DNA of 64,000 nt. It comes from a virus. Positions 1-8,938 of the stretch are shown piece after piece. The stretch is taken from positions 29,123-93,122 of the IMG/VR virus record IMGVR_UViG_3300014208_000028; one strand, 5' to 3'. The translations under genes were made by a program, and so were the position numbers. The notes beneath the pieces are model-generated. The model searched no databases. It was not told the origin of the DNA and saw nothing but the letters and a program-made list of their open reading frames with translations. Each line of letters starts with the position of its first letter. The stretch's first letter is position 1.

Positions 1-121
1 TATCGTAATCTTTAGGCTCTGTACCAAGAAAAGTATCTCGTACACAGCCTCCGACTAAAAAACTCTCAAAGTTATTAGCTTTGAGAGTCTCCATAATAAC
101 CTTTACATCATTCGGAATCAT
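1..121 (-). CDS. cca: CCA-adding enzyme / tRNA nucleotidyltransferase, 5' part only (runs off window edge)
   Basis: Manual translation MIPNDVKVIMETLKANNFESFLVGGCVRDTFLGTEPKDYD contains the class II NTase head motif VGGxVRDxxLGxxPxDxD. Not in ORF track; a poly(A) polymerase-type activity cannot be excluded from this fragment. Confidence 0.85.
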   Translation of the reverse strand, partial: MIPNDVKVIMETLKANNFESFLVGGCVRDTFLGTEPKDYD

Positions 122-126
122 TTAAA

Positions 127-345
127 TTATTTAGTCCTTTCTGGTACGCGATGTCGGCTTCTTATACTCTCTTCTTCTAAACGCAGCTTTTCTACTTTAA
201 TCTTGTGTTCTTTTTCTTCGTTAGCTTTTCGAACGCTGCCGTATAATTTGTTTATTTGATAAGCGTCACAAGTACCGTTTTCGTTCTCATCCGCTAAAAT
301 TCTACCTAACGCTACCTCGATATCATACAAAGATATATCACTCAT
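127..345 (-). CDS. hypothetical protein
   Basis: 72-aa ORF, ATGA overlap with upstream gene. Confidence 0.7.
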   Translation of the reverse strand: MSDISLYDIEVALGRILADENENGTCDAYQINKLYGSVRKANEEKEHKIKVEKLRLEEESIRSRHRVPERTK

Positions 346-542
346 TTCTTTCTCCTTTCAGGATCTTGACGAATAACTTCATACACTACCGCTCTTTTTA
401 TAGTAGTAGTATAGAAAGTCTTGTTTATCACCACTGGTTTTTCACGGGCCATAGAAACAGTTGTCGAGATAACTATTCCTATCATAACCCCCACCCACAC
501 CTGAAACAGCACCCACAACAGTCCTCTCACTTTGCTGTTCAT
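342..542 (-). CDS. small membrane protein
   Basis: N-terminal hydrophobic helix; RBS AAGGAG. Confidence 0.7.
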   Translation of the reverse strand: MNSKVRGLLWVLFQVWVGVMIGIVISTTVSMAREKPVVINKTFYTTTIKRAVVYEVIRQDPERRKK

Positions 543-556
543 CTAACTCTCCTTTG

Positions 557-625
557 TTAGCGGACCAAGTAAATTAGAGCTAATCCTCCAACAACTAAAG
601 AATACAGAATCAATGTATCTACCAT
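557..625 (-). CDS. 22-aa hydrophobic peptide MVDTLILYSLVVGGLALIYLVR
   Basis: AAGGAGG 5 nt before ATG, first ORF after a TGTTATAA promoter; below ORF-track cutoff. Confidence 0.7.
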   Translation of the reverse strand: MVDTLILYSLVVGGLALIYLVR

Positions 626-644
626 AATTTCCTCCTTACTGTTT

Positions 645-652
645 TTATAACA
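645..652 (-). promoter_or_regulatory. extended -10 promoter motif TGTTATAA (one of more than 10 intergenic copies)
   Basis: Same (T)GTTATAA motif at 1491, 2163, 18044, 18260, 25664, 25880, 26978, 28824, 45588, 47169, 52724, each upstream of a gene or RNA. Confidence 0.7.
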
Positions 653-675
653 AAAAAAATAGAAAATTATTAAAT

Positions 676-702
676 AAAAAAAGGGCTATTCAAAGATAGC
701 CC
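676..702 (-). terminator. intrinsic terminator
   Basis: GGGCTAT-loop-ATAGCCC followed by T7. Confidence 0.8.
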
Positions 703-744
703 CACATCAATCTACTCTTACATTCTATAAATGGTAGATGATTA

Positions 745-1155
745 TTAAGTAGCCCACCTAACTTCTGGAATATCAGTTAAAGTTTTAAAAGTTATTTTTT
801 TATTATTAAAAACTGACTTAACTATATCTTGTAAAACTTTAACACTTTGAGATCCAACAACTTCTATAGACTTTTTCTTTTTACTACAATCTATAGACAT
901 TTTAACTAAAGACCTACAAAGGTCATCAGAATAAATACCTACTGAAATAGAGTCACTATCAGATACCCAATTTTTGCCGTCTAATATAGTTATATTATTA
1001 AAAAATAACCAAACATCGTTAGTAGCTTCGCTCCACTTCCCTTTAGTATCTAAAGTAACTATCATTTTCCAACTTAATGGAGGAGTTGCCAATACATCAT
1101 CATTTAAATCATAATTAAAAGATATATTTACTATATTACGTAATACAGAATCCAT
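745..1155 (-). CDS. hypothetical protein
   Basis: 136-aa ORF with AGGAG RBS. Confidence 0.7.
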   Translation of the reverse strand: MDSVLRNIVNISFNYDLNDDVLATPPLSWKMIVTLDTKGKWSEATNDVWLFFNNITILDGKNWVSDSDSISVGIYSDDLCRSLVKMSIDCSKKKKSIEVVGSQSVKVLQDIVKSVFNNKKITFKTLTDIPEVRWAT

Positions 1156-1178
1156 ACTTACTCCTTTAAACTATTTCT

Positions 1179-1460
1179 TTACTTTAATTTTTTAGACTTA
1201 GGTAATTTTTTAAGGTTAAGATTCTCATCTATTTCAAAATACTGTTTACTTAAAATATAAGGCGCTGGAATAGAACATATTTGCCTATAATTATCATCTT
1301 CAGTACATTTTTCTAAAGCTACTATAATTCCCGTATCGTCTTCTTTAACTACAAAACCGACAGTCTGTAACTCTATGCCTACCTTAGTAAATTCTTCGGC
1401 TTTCATGCCATCATTCTCGAACGAACACGCATCTAGCCATTTAATATATACTAATTTCAT
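1179..1460 (-). CDS. conserved-looking phage protein (LVYIKWLDA...TVGFV)
   Basis: Motif pattern common among small phage proteins. Confidence 0.7.
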   Translation of the reverse strand: MKLVYIKWLDACSFENDGMKAEEFTKVGIELQTVGFVVKEDDTGIIVALEKCTEDDNYRQICSIPAPYILSKQYFEIDENLNLKKLPKSKKLK

Positions 1461-1524
1461 TAGTGACCCCCATAAGTATAGATAATTATATTATAACATA
1501 TGAGGGTCGCTAAAAAAATACTAA

Positions 1525-1767
1525 TTACTTCTCATTCAAAGACATTAAAATCGCGCCTAAAAGAATTAACTGAATTTTAGTACCTAAATTATCTAAAGTC
1601 ATAAAAGAGGCAATAATAGGATCTTCTTTATTGGCATTTAAAAAATCATCAATTAAATTAATATGTTTAACAAACTCGTCAATAGTATCCGCCGAAGGAC
1701 CGTCATCTTTAGAATTAGCAAAAACTTTAAACTTATCGAACATAGCAAGCATAGTATCGTCTAACAT
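1525..1767 (-). CDS. hypothetical protein
   Basis: 80-aa ORF, AAGGAG RBS, upstream TTGTAT-16-TATAAT promoter. Confidence 0.7.
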   Translation of the reverse strand: MLDDTMLAMFDKFKVFANSKDDGPSADTIDEFVKHINLIDDFLNANKEDPIIASFMTLDNLGTKIQLILLGAILMSLNEK

Positions 1768-1828
1768 AATATTCTCCTTTTCAATCGAATTTTATTTATT
1801 ATATCTTATATTTAAAAAAATACAAATT

Positions 1829-1858
1829 AAAAAAGAGAGTTGGCGGTCCTCTCTTTTT
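1829..1858 (-). terminator. repeated terminator, copy 1 (loop GACCGCCAA)
   Basis: AAAAAGAGAG-GACCGCCAA-CTCTCTTTTTT; related copies at 28509 and 53264. Confidence 0.8.
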
Positions 1859-1873
1859 GTTGCGAATCGTTGG

Positions 1874-2098
1874 TTAGCTTTTGAGGGCTACCGCAACTTT
1901 GCCCGCCTTTTCGACCATGCGGGAGATGAGGCTCTCGATGTTCTTTTCGGTGAAGTTGAACTCGCCCTTGTACTCGAACACCTTGTTCATGGCCCCTTCG
2001 GGATTGGCGATGGACATCTGGACGTATCCGTCCATGTGGACGGCGACATCGGTTTTGGACTCTTTTTCTTCGCCCTGATTCACTTTCAAAGTATTCAT
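1874..2098 (-). CDS. hypothetical protein, GC-elevated cassette gene
   Basis: Own promoter, AGGAGG RBS and terminator; many G/C-ending codons. Confidence 0.75.
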   Translation of the reverse strand: MNTLKVNQGEEKESKTDVAVHMDGYVQMSIANPEGAMNKVFEYKGEFNFTEKNIESLISRMVEKAGKVAVALKS

Positions 2099-2191
2099 GA
2101 TCTCCTCCTAAGAGATTCGTTTCAGAAGGTGGGAATACTAGGTATTCTTCCTTCTATATATTTTATAACAAATTTTAGGAGGAATTTGCGA

Positions 2192-2641
2192 TTAACTAAT
2201 CTTTATAGGTTTTTTAACTTTTTCCACTTTATTTAAAGTAATATATAAAACCCCATTCTCATATTTAGCTTCAATATTGTCTCTATCTATATTTTTATTT
2301 AAAGTAACATACTTTTTAAACGGCCCGTAAATAATTCCTGAGATTAAATACTTTCTATTGCTTTCATCACTATACTTCTGCTTCTTACCACTTATAACTA
2401 GATAATTATCTTCTATCTCTATTTTAATATCTTCTTTATCAACTCCCGGCAATTCCATAATAACTTCTATACTTTTGCCTCCAACTCCTTCATATACATC
2501 TAATCCTACATTATCGCCGCCAATAGGAAGACTTAAGTAATTATCTAAATAATCATATTTATTATAATTATAAAATCCATAACCCCAATTTTTATTAATC
2601 CAACGATTGTCTTCCCACGGCCAAAATTCTCTAAAACTCAT
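2192..2641 (-). CDS. Hsp20/alpha-crystallin small heat-shock protein
   Basis: ELPGVDKEDIKIEIEDNYLVISGKK...YGPF...IEAKYENGVLYITL; start moved to ATG after GGAGG; promoter TTGACT...TACATT upstream. Confidence 0.92.
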   Translation of the reverse strand: MSFREFWPWEDNRWINKNWGYGFYNYNKYDYLDNYLSLPIGGDNVGLDVYEGVGGKSIEVIMELPGVDKEDIKIEIEDNYLVISGKKQKYSDESNRKYLISGIIYGPFKKYVTLNKNIDRDNIEAKYENGVLYITLNKVEKVKKPIKIS

Positions 2642-2702
2642 GTCTAATACCTCCAAAATTATTTTCTATAAATGTAATACACATTCTAATATAGTCAAGA
2701 GG

Positions 2703-3692
2703 CTAGACTAATTTTCTATTTGGCCTATTTTTATACCACTCTATAGTAGTTTTTAAATTGTCTACCATATTGTTTTCGGCCCCCGAAAAACCTAAATCAT
2801 ATAGTTTTTTACTATCTATACTATACCTTTTATCATGCCCCAAACGGTCAGTAACAAATTCTATATTGTCATTATTTAATAATTTTTCAGAATTATACAT
2901 ATATAAAACATTATATATTTTAGATATTATACCTAAATTACTCCACTCATCTTTACAAGATATATTATATATTTCTCCCACTTTTCCTTTTTCTATAATA
3001 AGTCTTATAGCCCGCACATTATCACCTACATAAATCCAATCTCTCATATTCAACCCATTTCCATATACAGGTATTTTTTTATTATTAAGTAAACTATTAA
3101 TTATAGTAGGTATGAACTTTTCTTGATGCTGATAAGGTCCATAATTATTACAACTACGAGTAACTATGACAGGTAAGCCAAAAGTATGATAATAACTCAT
3201 AGCTATTAATTCGGCGGCGGCTTTTGAAGAAGAATAAGGACTACTAGGATTTAATTTACTCTCTTCTGTAAAAGGTATATCATCTATCTCTAACTTACTA
3301 CTTCCATATACTTCATCCGTACTTATTTGTATAAACTTATCTATTCCAAATTCTTTAGAACATTCTAATAAATTAATAGTACCTTGTATATTAGTAGAAT
3401 AGAAGTCATTAGAATTTTTTATACTATTATCAACATGTGTTTCGGCGGCGAAATTAACAATAATTTTAGGTCTACGCTCGAAGAATACTTTACGTAAAGC
3501 TTTAATATCTCTTATATCTACAAACTCACAATCTAGACCTCTAAAATCATATTGAGAAGCATAAGTATAGATATCTAAAGGAATAGGAAACATGTCTCTA
3601 TCTTCACTATCTACTCTTCCAAATGTATTAGACATACTTCTATAAAAGTTATACCCGATAAATCCTGCCGCACCTGTTACTAATATATTCAT
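2703..3692 (-). CDS. rmlB: dTDP-glucose 4,6-dehydratase
   Basis: TGAAGFIG, NFAAETHVD, STDEVYG, YSSSK, NNYGPYQHQEKFIP, DRLGHDKRY. Confidence 0.95.
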   Translation of the reverse strand: MNILVTGAAGFIGYNFYRSMSNTFGRVDSEDRDMFPIPLDIYTYASQYDFRGLDCEFVDIRDIKALRKVFFERRPKIIVNFAAETHVDNSIKNSNDFYSTNIQGTINLLECSKEFGIDKFIQISTDEVYGSSKLEIDDIPFTEESKLNPSSPYSSSKAAAELIAMSYYHTFGLPVIVTRSCNNYGPYQHQEKFIPTIINSLLNNKKIPVYGNGLNMRDWIYVGDNVRAIRLIIEKGKVGEIYNISCKDEWSNLGIISKIYNVLYMYNSEKLLNNDNIEFVTDRLGHDKRYSIDSKKLYDLGFSGAENNMVDNLKTTIEWYKNRPNRKLV

Positions 3693-3712
3693 ACTATATT
3701 TCTCCTTTATTT

Positions 3713-4570
3713 CTAATAAGAATCTGAGTCAAATGTGGTCACTTTTACCATCCCCCGTTTAAATATTAACTGCCCGCACGTAACATCTCTTATTTTTTCT
3801 ATGGGATAGAAATCTATTCTATCGTCCTTATTTGCCCATCCATACACGTAGTCAAATCCCTCTTCATAAGATTTATTTAGAATAAAAGATACCATATCTT
3901 TTTTACTATTTTCAGTAAAAGACTCTACTTTTAAAATATGCCTATTTACAAAATTTGGGCCGTAATACGTTTTATATATAGCCCAATCCTTAGTAATTTT
4001 ATTGTCCTTATAAAAATTTCCAATAAGAGTATAGTGTCCTCTATTATATGGATAATAATTATTTAATCTATGATTTAAATTATACACTTCAAAAGTATCT
4101 ATATTAGAAATACTACATTCTTTTATATGATTATTAGTTAGTAAAGATCTCGTATCGTATCTATATTCATAAACACCTTCTAACTTTTCCCATCCCAGAT
4201 GTTTAAAAAATCCTGGAGCAGAGTTTTTATTTGGAAAACCGTATATGCAAGAAATATTCATATTTCTAGCTATTTCATAAGCCTCTTTTGCTAAAGATAT
4301 GAATATTCCTCTATGTTGATAATTAGGATGAACCATCGTATTAAACGATATAGCAACTTTTCCAAAACCGCTATCTAAAAACTTATCTAAAATTCTTAGC
4401 GCATAATGCCCTACTAATTTATTTCCATCATATCTAAGAGTAACTATAGTAGGTTGAGTATAATACATCCAATTATACATACTTTTATGTAATACTCTTC
4501 CTGTATCCGAATAGCATTCTTTAAAAAGTTTTATAATATTCTCATACTGTTTTTCTGTTACCAATTCCAT
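3713..4570 (-). CDS. GNAT acetyltransferase
   Basis: TMVHPNYQHRGIF (motif A), YGFPNKNSAPGFFKHLGW. Confidence 0.85.
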   Translation of the reverse strand: MELVTEKQYENIIKLFKECYSDTGRVLHKSMYNWMYYTQPTIVTLRYDGNKLVGHYALRILDKFLDSGFGKVAISFNTMVHPNYQHRGIFISLAKEAYEIARNMNISCIYGFPNKNSAPGFFKHLGWEKLEGVYEYRYDTRSLLTNNHIKECSISNIDTFEVYNLNHRLNNYYPYNRGHYTLIGNFYKDNKITKDWAIYKTYYGPNFVNRHILKVESFTENSKKDMVSFILNKSYEEGFDYVYGWANKDDRIDFYPIEKIRDVTCGQLIFKRGMVKVTTFDSDSY

Positions 4571-5184
4571 ATTTCCTTAACTAAATAAAATTTTTCAGCA
4601 TACTCTGTAGATATTTCCATGCCACGCATTTTAGTCCAATCTTTAACTACATTTAAGTTTCTAGGGTGATATTTCTCAATAGATATTTGAGATGAATAAC
4701 ACTTTATAGACTCAAGTTTATTTTTTACATCTTCCCCACTTAAAGGTATATATACTGAAGAACCATCTATTTTAGGCCCCCAATAGGTGTAAGGAAGTTC
4801 ATATTGAAGTATTTTTTTAATGGAAGAATTAGAAGAATACGGTCTAAGAGCAGCTATTGCTGCTTTATATACTATTTCATGATCTTGATGAAAACTAGGG
4901 TATGGTATAAAAAGAGAATCAACCTTATATGATTTGAAAATATTATCCATAAAAAGTACAAAATTTTTAAAAGGCTCTTTATCGAATTCGCCATCTATAA
5001 AATTTCCAAAACATACTTCCATATTTAGATATTGAGCAGATTTAATAGCCTCAGCTTTTCTATCTCCATTATAACAGGAAAAAATTACATTCAAACATTT
5101 ATTATTAGAAAAAGAAAATTTAGATATAGCCCCTCCACATCCCAACTCTGCATCATCCGAATGAGGAGAAAAAATAATAATCAT
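4558..5184 (-). CDS. PIG-L/LmbE family N-deacetylase
   Basis: SPHSDDAELGCGG, HQDH, YSSQ, YAEKF. Confidence 0.9.
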   Translation of the reverse strand: MIIIFSPHSDDAELGCGGAISKFSFSNNKCLNVIFSCYNGDRKAEAIKSAQYLNMEVCFGNFIDGEFDKEPFKNFVLFMDNIFKSYKVDSLFIPYPSFHQDHEIVYKAAIAALRPYSSNSSIKKILQYELPYTYWGPKIDGSSVYIPLSGEDVKNKLESIKCYSSQISIEKYHPRNLNVVKDWTKMRGMEISTEYAEKFYLVKEIWNW

Positions 5185-5187
5185 GTA

Positions 5188-5886
5188 TCATCCCCGTACC
5201 AATATTTCAAAACCAGTTTCCGATAAATTATTTTCTTTTTGATACTTTTTTAAAGTTTCTTTAATTGTATCTATTAAGAGCAGCATTTTTTCCTTACATA
5301 ACTCTTTTTTTATAAAACAACCAGTCCAAGCAGTCGGAGTTTTAAGTATTAATTGATTATGAGTAATGAACATTTCTTTAGGGAAATAATAACTATACCA
5401 ATCTATGCCAGCAGGTTCTTGACAATCATGATAAGCTACTACATCGAAAATATTAATCAATTTACAAATAGCTATAGTTCGACAAGTGCTGTGGTTATCT
5501 ACAAATAGAAAATTAGGAGAGGTTTTCACAAGAGATAGTTCTATAAAAAGTTTAGAATAATACTCTTCTATTTCTTTTCTTTGAGTTTCAGTAAGATTTT
5601 TAGGTAAAGTTTCCCAAACTACTTCATTAGGGAGTTGTTGATGTCTCAATACTATATTATTACCGCCCACAACAGTTTTTTTTATTTCTCCTATCCATTC
5701 CTCATCCGTATCTATCCCAAGATATTTAAACTCATATTTTTGAGGTTTGACCAGAATAGGAGTGGAGAACATGCCTAAACCCAGTTCTACAATTTGAATA
5801 GGCTTATGTATCGATATAATTGCTTGTAATAATGGTTGATGAGAACTCCATTCCCATCCATAATGAGGGGCATTTTTCACTTTCAT
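5188..5886 (-). CDS. methyltransferase-like protein
   Basis: IVELGLGMFST, FLFVD, AYHD Rossmann MTase-type motifs. Confidence 0.6.
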   Translation of the reverse strand: MKVKNAPHYGWEWSSHQPLLQAIISIHKPIQIVELGLGMFSTPILVKPQKYEFKYLGIDTDEEWIGEIKKTVVGGNNIVLRHQQLPNEVVWETLPKNLTETQRKEIEEYYSKLFIELSLVKTSPNFLFVDNHSTCRTIAICKLINIFDVVAYHDCQEPAGIDWYSYYFPKEMFITHNQLILKTPTAWTGCFIKKELCKEKMLLLIDTIKETLKKYQKENNLSETGFEILVRG

Positions 5887-6683
5887 ACCTCCAATATTTT
5901 TCTAACTGATAGTCCTATATAATTATCCATATCTAAAACAGTTTCTGGAGTAAGTATATTTTGAATTTCTCCAGATTTAGGATGCCCTCCAAACCAATGA
6001 AGTCCTATACAGTGCTCCGGTAATAATTTCCCCACCTCTTGAAAAATTTCATCTATATTATTAGCATCAAATGGGCTTATCTTATCCATAGAAATATTAC
6101 ATACTCTTATATTAAAGGCTTCTTCAATATTACTGATATGTGGAAATTTTTTATTATATAAGTTAGCCCCAAATGCCTGATAATCTACGTCTTCTACTTT
6201 ATTAAGAGCCTCCTCATATAGTGAAAAGAAAAATTTATTATTTGAGGCAGCAAGTAAAAATCCTACTCCATACCCATATACATCATTTCTAGATATACAC
6301 ACATCATAACTTAAATCTAAATCTATAGGTTTTATGTATAGAATATCCATATCCGACCAAAGCCCTCCATATTTACTAAGCAAATATAATCTAAGTATAT
6401 CTGATTTATGTACTTCAGATAAACTTTCTTTTGTAGTAATTGTTTTTTTCTCTATAGGAAGAGAATTTAATAAACTGAAATAGTCGCTACCTATATATGG
6501 TACTAACTGTTCATGACTTATCCAAGGAATATTCTCATTTACTGTACTAGGAATATATAATATGATTTTCCAATCAGGATTATATTTGTGGAAGGAGAAA
6601 ATAGTTAAATATCTAAGATAAGATAGTTTTTTAGCCCCCCAATAGAAGTGAGCGATTTTAGGTATCACAATACTGTGCCCCAC
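5883..6683 (-). CDS. GT32-like (DXD) glycosyltransferase
   Basis: IPKIAHFYW, SDILRLYLLSKYGGLWSDMD, LHWFGG. Confidence 0.88.
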   Translation of the reverse strand: MGHSIVIPKIAHFYWGAKKLSYLRYLTIFSFHKYNPDWKIILYIPSTVNENIPWISHEQLVPYIGSDYFSLLNSLPIEKKTITTKESLSEVHKSDILRLYLLSKYGGLWSDMDILYIKPIDLDLSYDVCISRNDVYGYGVGFLLAASNNKFFFSLYEEALNKVEDVDYQAFGANLYNKKFPHISNIEEAFNIRVCNISMDKISPFDANNIDEIFQEVGKLLPEHCIGLHWFGGHPKSGEIQNILTPETVLDMDNYIGLSVRKILEV

Positions 6684-7291
6684 ATACCTCTATCAGACAT
6701 ATTAACTTCAGGATAATCTACTCTAGAAGAAAGAAAAGTAGGATTCATATTTATTGTATTAAATATATTACCTATAGATTCTGGAGTACGCAATACTCTT
6801 CCTGCTTGTAGTAAATTACCAGTAAGATCCTCCTCTCTAGTAACTTCTTCTCCCACATAAGAAGAAGAATATTGAAATGCGAACTTACCTCCAACAACCA
6901 AAGAACTACTTACATTAGTACTAATATTTAAAAAACAGGAAGGAGGGACGTGCTGGAAAACTTTCATGCTAATACAGTAATCAAAATATCTATTAGGCAT
7001 ATCACACATTCTATCGCTGTGACATATCATATCTGATATAGAAGATATTCTAGTTAAGGCAGATTGAGATATATCTACAGAACATACAAAACATCCCAAA
7101 CTCTTTAAAAATACGGCCATAGTACCGAAACCTACTCCAATATCTATTATTTTCTTATTTCTCAATTCTTCTACAGATAGATTTAAGAAATCTAATACAT
7201 ATATGGGATCGCTTCCAGTTAATGTATCAGAGGAAAGATCTTCCATCTCATGCTGACCTTCCCAAAATTTTTCTATGTATTTTTTCATCAA
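6665..7291 (-). CDS. class I SAM-dependent methyltransferase
   Basis: IIDIGVGFG, SVDIS, FDYCISMKVFQHVP, LVVGG. Confidence 0.88.
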   Translation of the reverse strand: MMKKYIEKFWEGQHEMEDLSSDTLTGSDPIYVLDFLNLSVEELRNKKIIDIGVGFGTMAVFLKSLGCFVCSVDISQSALTRISSISDMICHSDRMCDMPNRYFDYCISMKVFQHVPPSCFLNISTNVSSSLVVGGKFAFQYSSSYVGEEVTREEDLTGNLLQAGRVLRTPESIGNIFNTINMNPTFLSSRVDYPEVNMSDRGMWGTVL

Positions 7292-8265
7292 ACAAATTCC
7301 TTATGCTTTACCTCAGACATTAAGGTATTAAGTAAATAATTATATTCCGTATAGTAACATTTTTCACAAATAGATCCATTAAAATATTTTTGATTACCCC
7401 ACATATACTCTAAATTTTCTAACTTTCCCATAATCATTTTTTCTGGAAAAGTTCTATTTTCATCATTTAAAGAATATTGAACTCCACAACAAGGATATAT
7501 ATTTCCATCAGCAGCTACTAAAGGTTTAAGTAAACTTATTAAACATTTAGATGCTCCTTTAGTATGCCTTTCTCTAGACTGATATATGATTAAAGAATCA
7601 TCTATATGTTCTTGAGATAATCTATATTTAATATCTTCCATAATTTTACTGTCAGGATTGTATATATCTGATACTAACCGAATATGAGTAAAATTGTTAT
7701 TATTAGCAAAACTAATTATTTTTACAAGATTATTAAAATTATATTTATTACTTACTACGTAACTAAACGCTAAATCATTGCCATTATCTCTCATATATTC
7801 CATATTTCTAATAAAATTACTGTCCCAAATTCTATCATCCCCGAAAGAAATTCTTATCCATTTACAACTAGATATCTGCTCTTTGCCTAACTTTTTTAAG
7901 ACAGTTCCATTACTAACTAAGCCGATTTTTATATTATTTAGACTTAACATATCTATAAAATTATTGATGTGGGGGTATAGAGCTGGTTCTCCTCCACCAG
8001 TTATAGTAACTCCCGCAGTATGATAGTTAATCATATATTTCAATAAACTGTCTAACTGCTCAGAAGTTAAAGACTCAGCTTTATTTCTATTTCTGCAACT
8101 ACAAAATGTACAATTTAAATTACATACATTAGTAGGAGATACTTGAACATGCCTGGGCAATATTATCTTTTGCTCTAGACTACTAAATAATTCTCTATCC
8201 ATAATAAGTTTAATAGGCAAGCTATTAGCAGAAGTAAAACTTTCTTTATTATTTATATATACCAT
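7288..8265 (-). CDS. radical SAM protein with SPASM/Twitch domain
   Basis: CNLNCTFC, GGGEP, C-terminal C...DGNIYPCC...CEKC. Confidence 0.9.
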   Translation of the reverse strand: MVYINNKESFTSANSLPIKLIMDRELFSSLEQKIILPRHVQVSPTNVCNLNCTFCSCRNRNKAESLTSEQLDSLLKYMINYHTAGVTITGGGEPALYPHINNFIDMLSLNNIKIGLVSNGTVLKKLGKEQISSCKWIRISFGDDRIWDSNFIRNMEYMRDNGNDLAFSYVVSNKYNFNNLVKIISFANNNNFTHIRLVSDIYNPDSKIMEDIKYRLSQEHIDDSLIIYQSRERHTKGASKCLISLLKPLVAADGNIYPCCGVQYSLNDENRTFPEKMIMGKLENLEYMWGNQKYFNGSICEKCYYTEYNYLLNTLMSEVKHKEFV

Positions 8266-8938
8266 TCTTAGTCCTTATATCCGTATTGCTATTAAATAGT
8301 AATTTATTATTACTATATAAAATATTATTTGAAGAGCATCTCTCATGATATTGGTGTTCTCCCTGGATTTCGTCTTTACACATAAAAGATAGTCCTGCTT
8401 GAGAAAATCTTCTACCAAAATCATTATCTTCAAAAGCTAAACCATTCATAAATTCTTCATTCCATCCATTTATACGTAAAATATCCTCTTTTTTGAAATA
8501 AGCTAAAAAATACATAGAGGGGTCGTTGCCTCTAAAATTAGAGTTAACTAAAGACATAGTTTCATTTCCTAGCTCATCTAAATCAAATACTTGGCATATA
8601 TAATTTCCGCGAGGAAGGGCAGATAATTGTTGAACTACATCAGTTTTAGGCATGACTTCTGGACATGTAATTATTATATCTTCTGTTTCAGAAAATCTTA
8701 CTCCCAAATTAAGAGCCGTGCTAGGATTAATATAATCTCCGGGAAACGAATATTTTATAAGTTTTACCTTAAAATTGCTCCTTAAAAAGCCTAGATCCTC
8801 TTCTAATATAGTTCTACTTACTACATATATGATAATATTTTTATGGGAAGGATATTTTATATACTCTTTAATAGAATTTTTAAATAAGCCCAGTCTAGTA
8901 CTTTCACATGGGAATATTATAGAAAATGTTCTAGCCAT
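8249..8938 (-). CDS. GT-A glycosyltransferase (GT2/GT7-like)
   Basis: ALNLG, INGWNEEF-x-G-x-AFEDNDF, HQYH. Confidence 0.85.
   Translation of the reverse strand: MARTFSIIFPCESTRLGLFKNSIKEYIKYPSHKNIIIYVVSRTILEEDLGFLRSNFKVKLIKYSFPGDYINPSTALNLGVRFSETEDIIITCPEVMPKTDVVQQLSALPRGNYICQVFDLDELGNETMSLVNSNFRGNDPSMYFLAYFKKEDILRINGWNEEFMNGLAFEDNDFGRRFSQAGLSFMCKDEIQGEHQYHERCSSNNILYSNNKLLFNSNTDIRTKNGIYK

Noticed and set aside
1841-1848. Terminator loop GACCGCCA equals the last 8 nt of tRNA-Ser (att site or tRNA mimic)
   Set aside because: Only 8 nt, the other two copies differ, and no integrase is present; chance is plausible
1631-2236. 201-aa plus-strand ORF and similar antisense ORFs (e.g. 49070-49777, 49384-49935, 53691-54221)
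   Set aside because: They overlap well-supported minus-strand genes, lack RBSs and show no recognisable motifs
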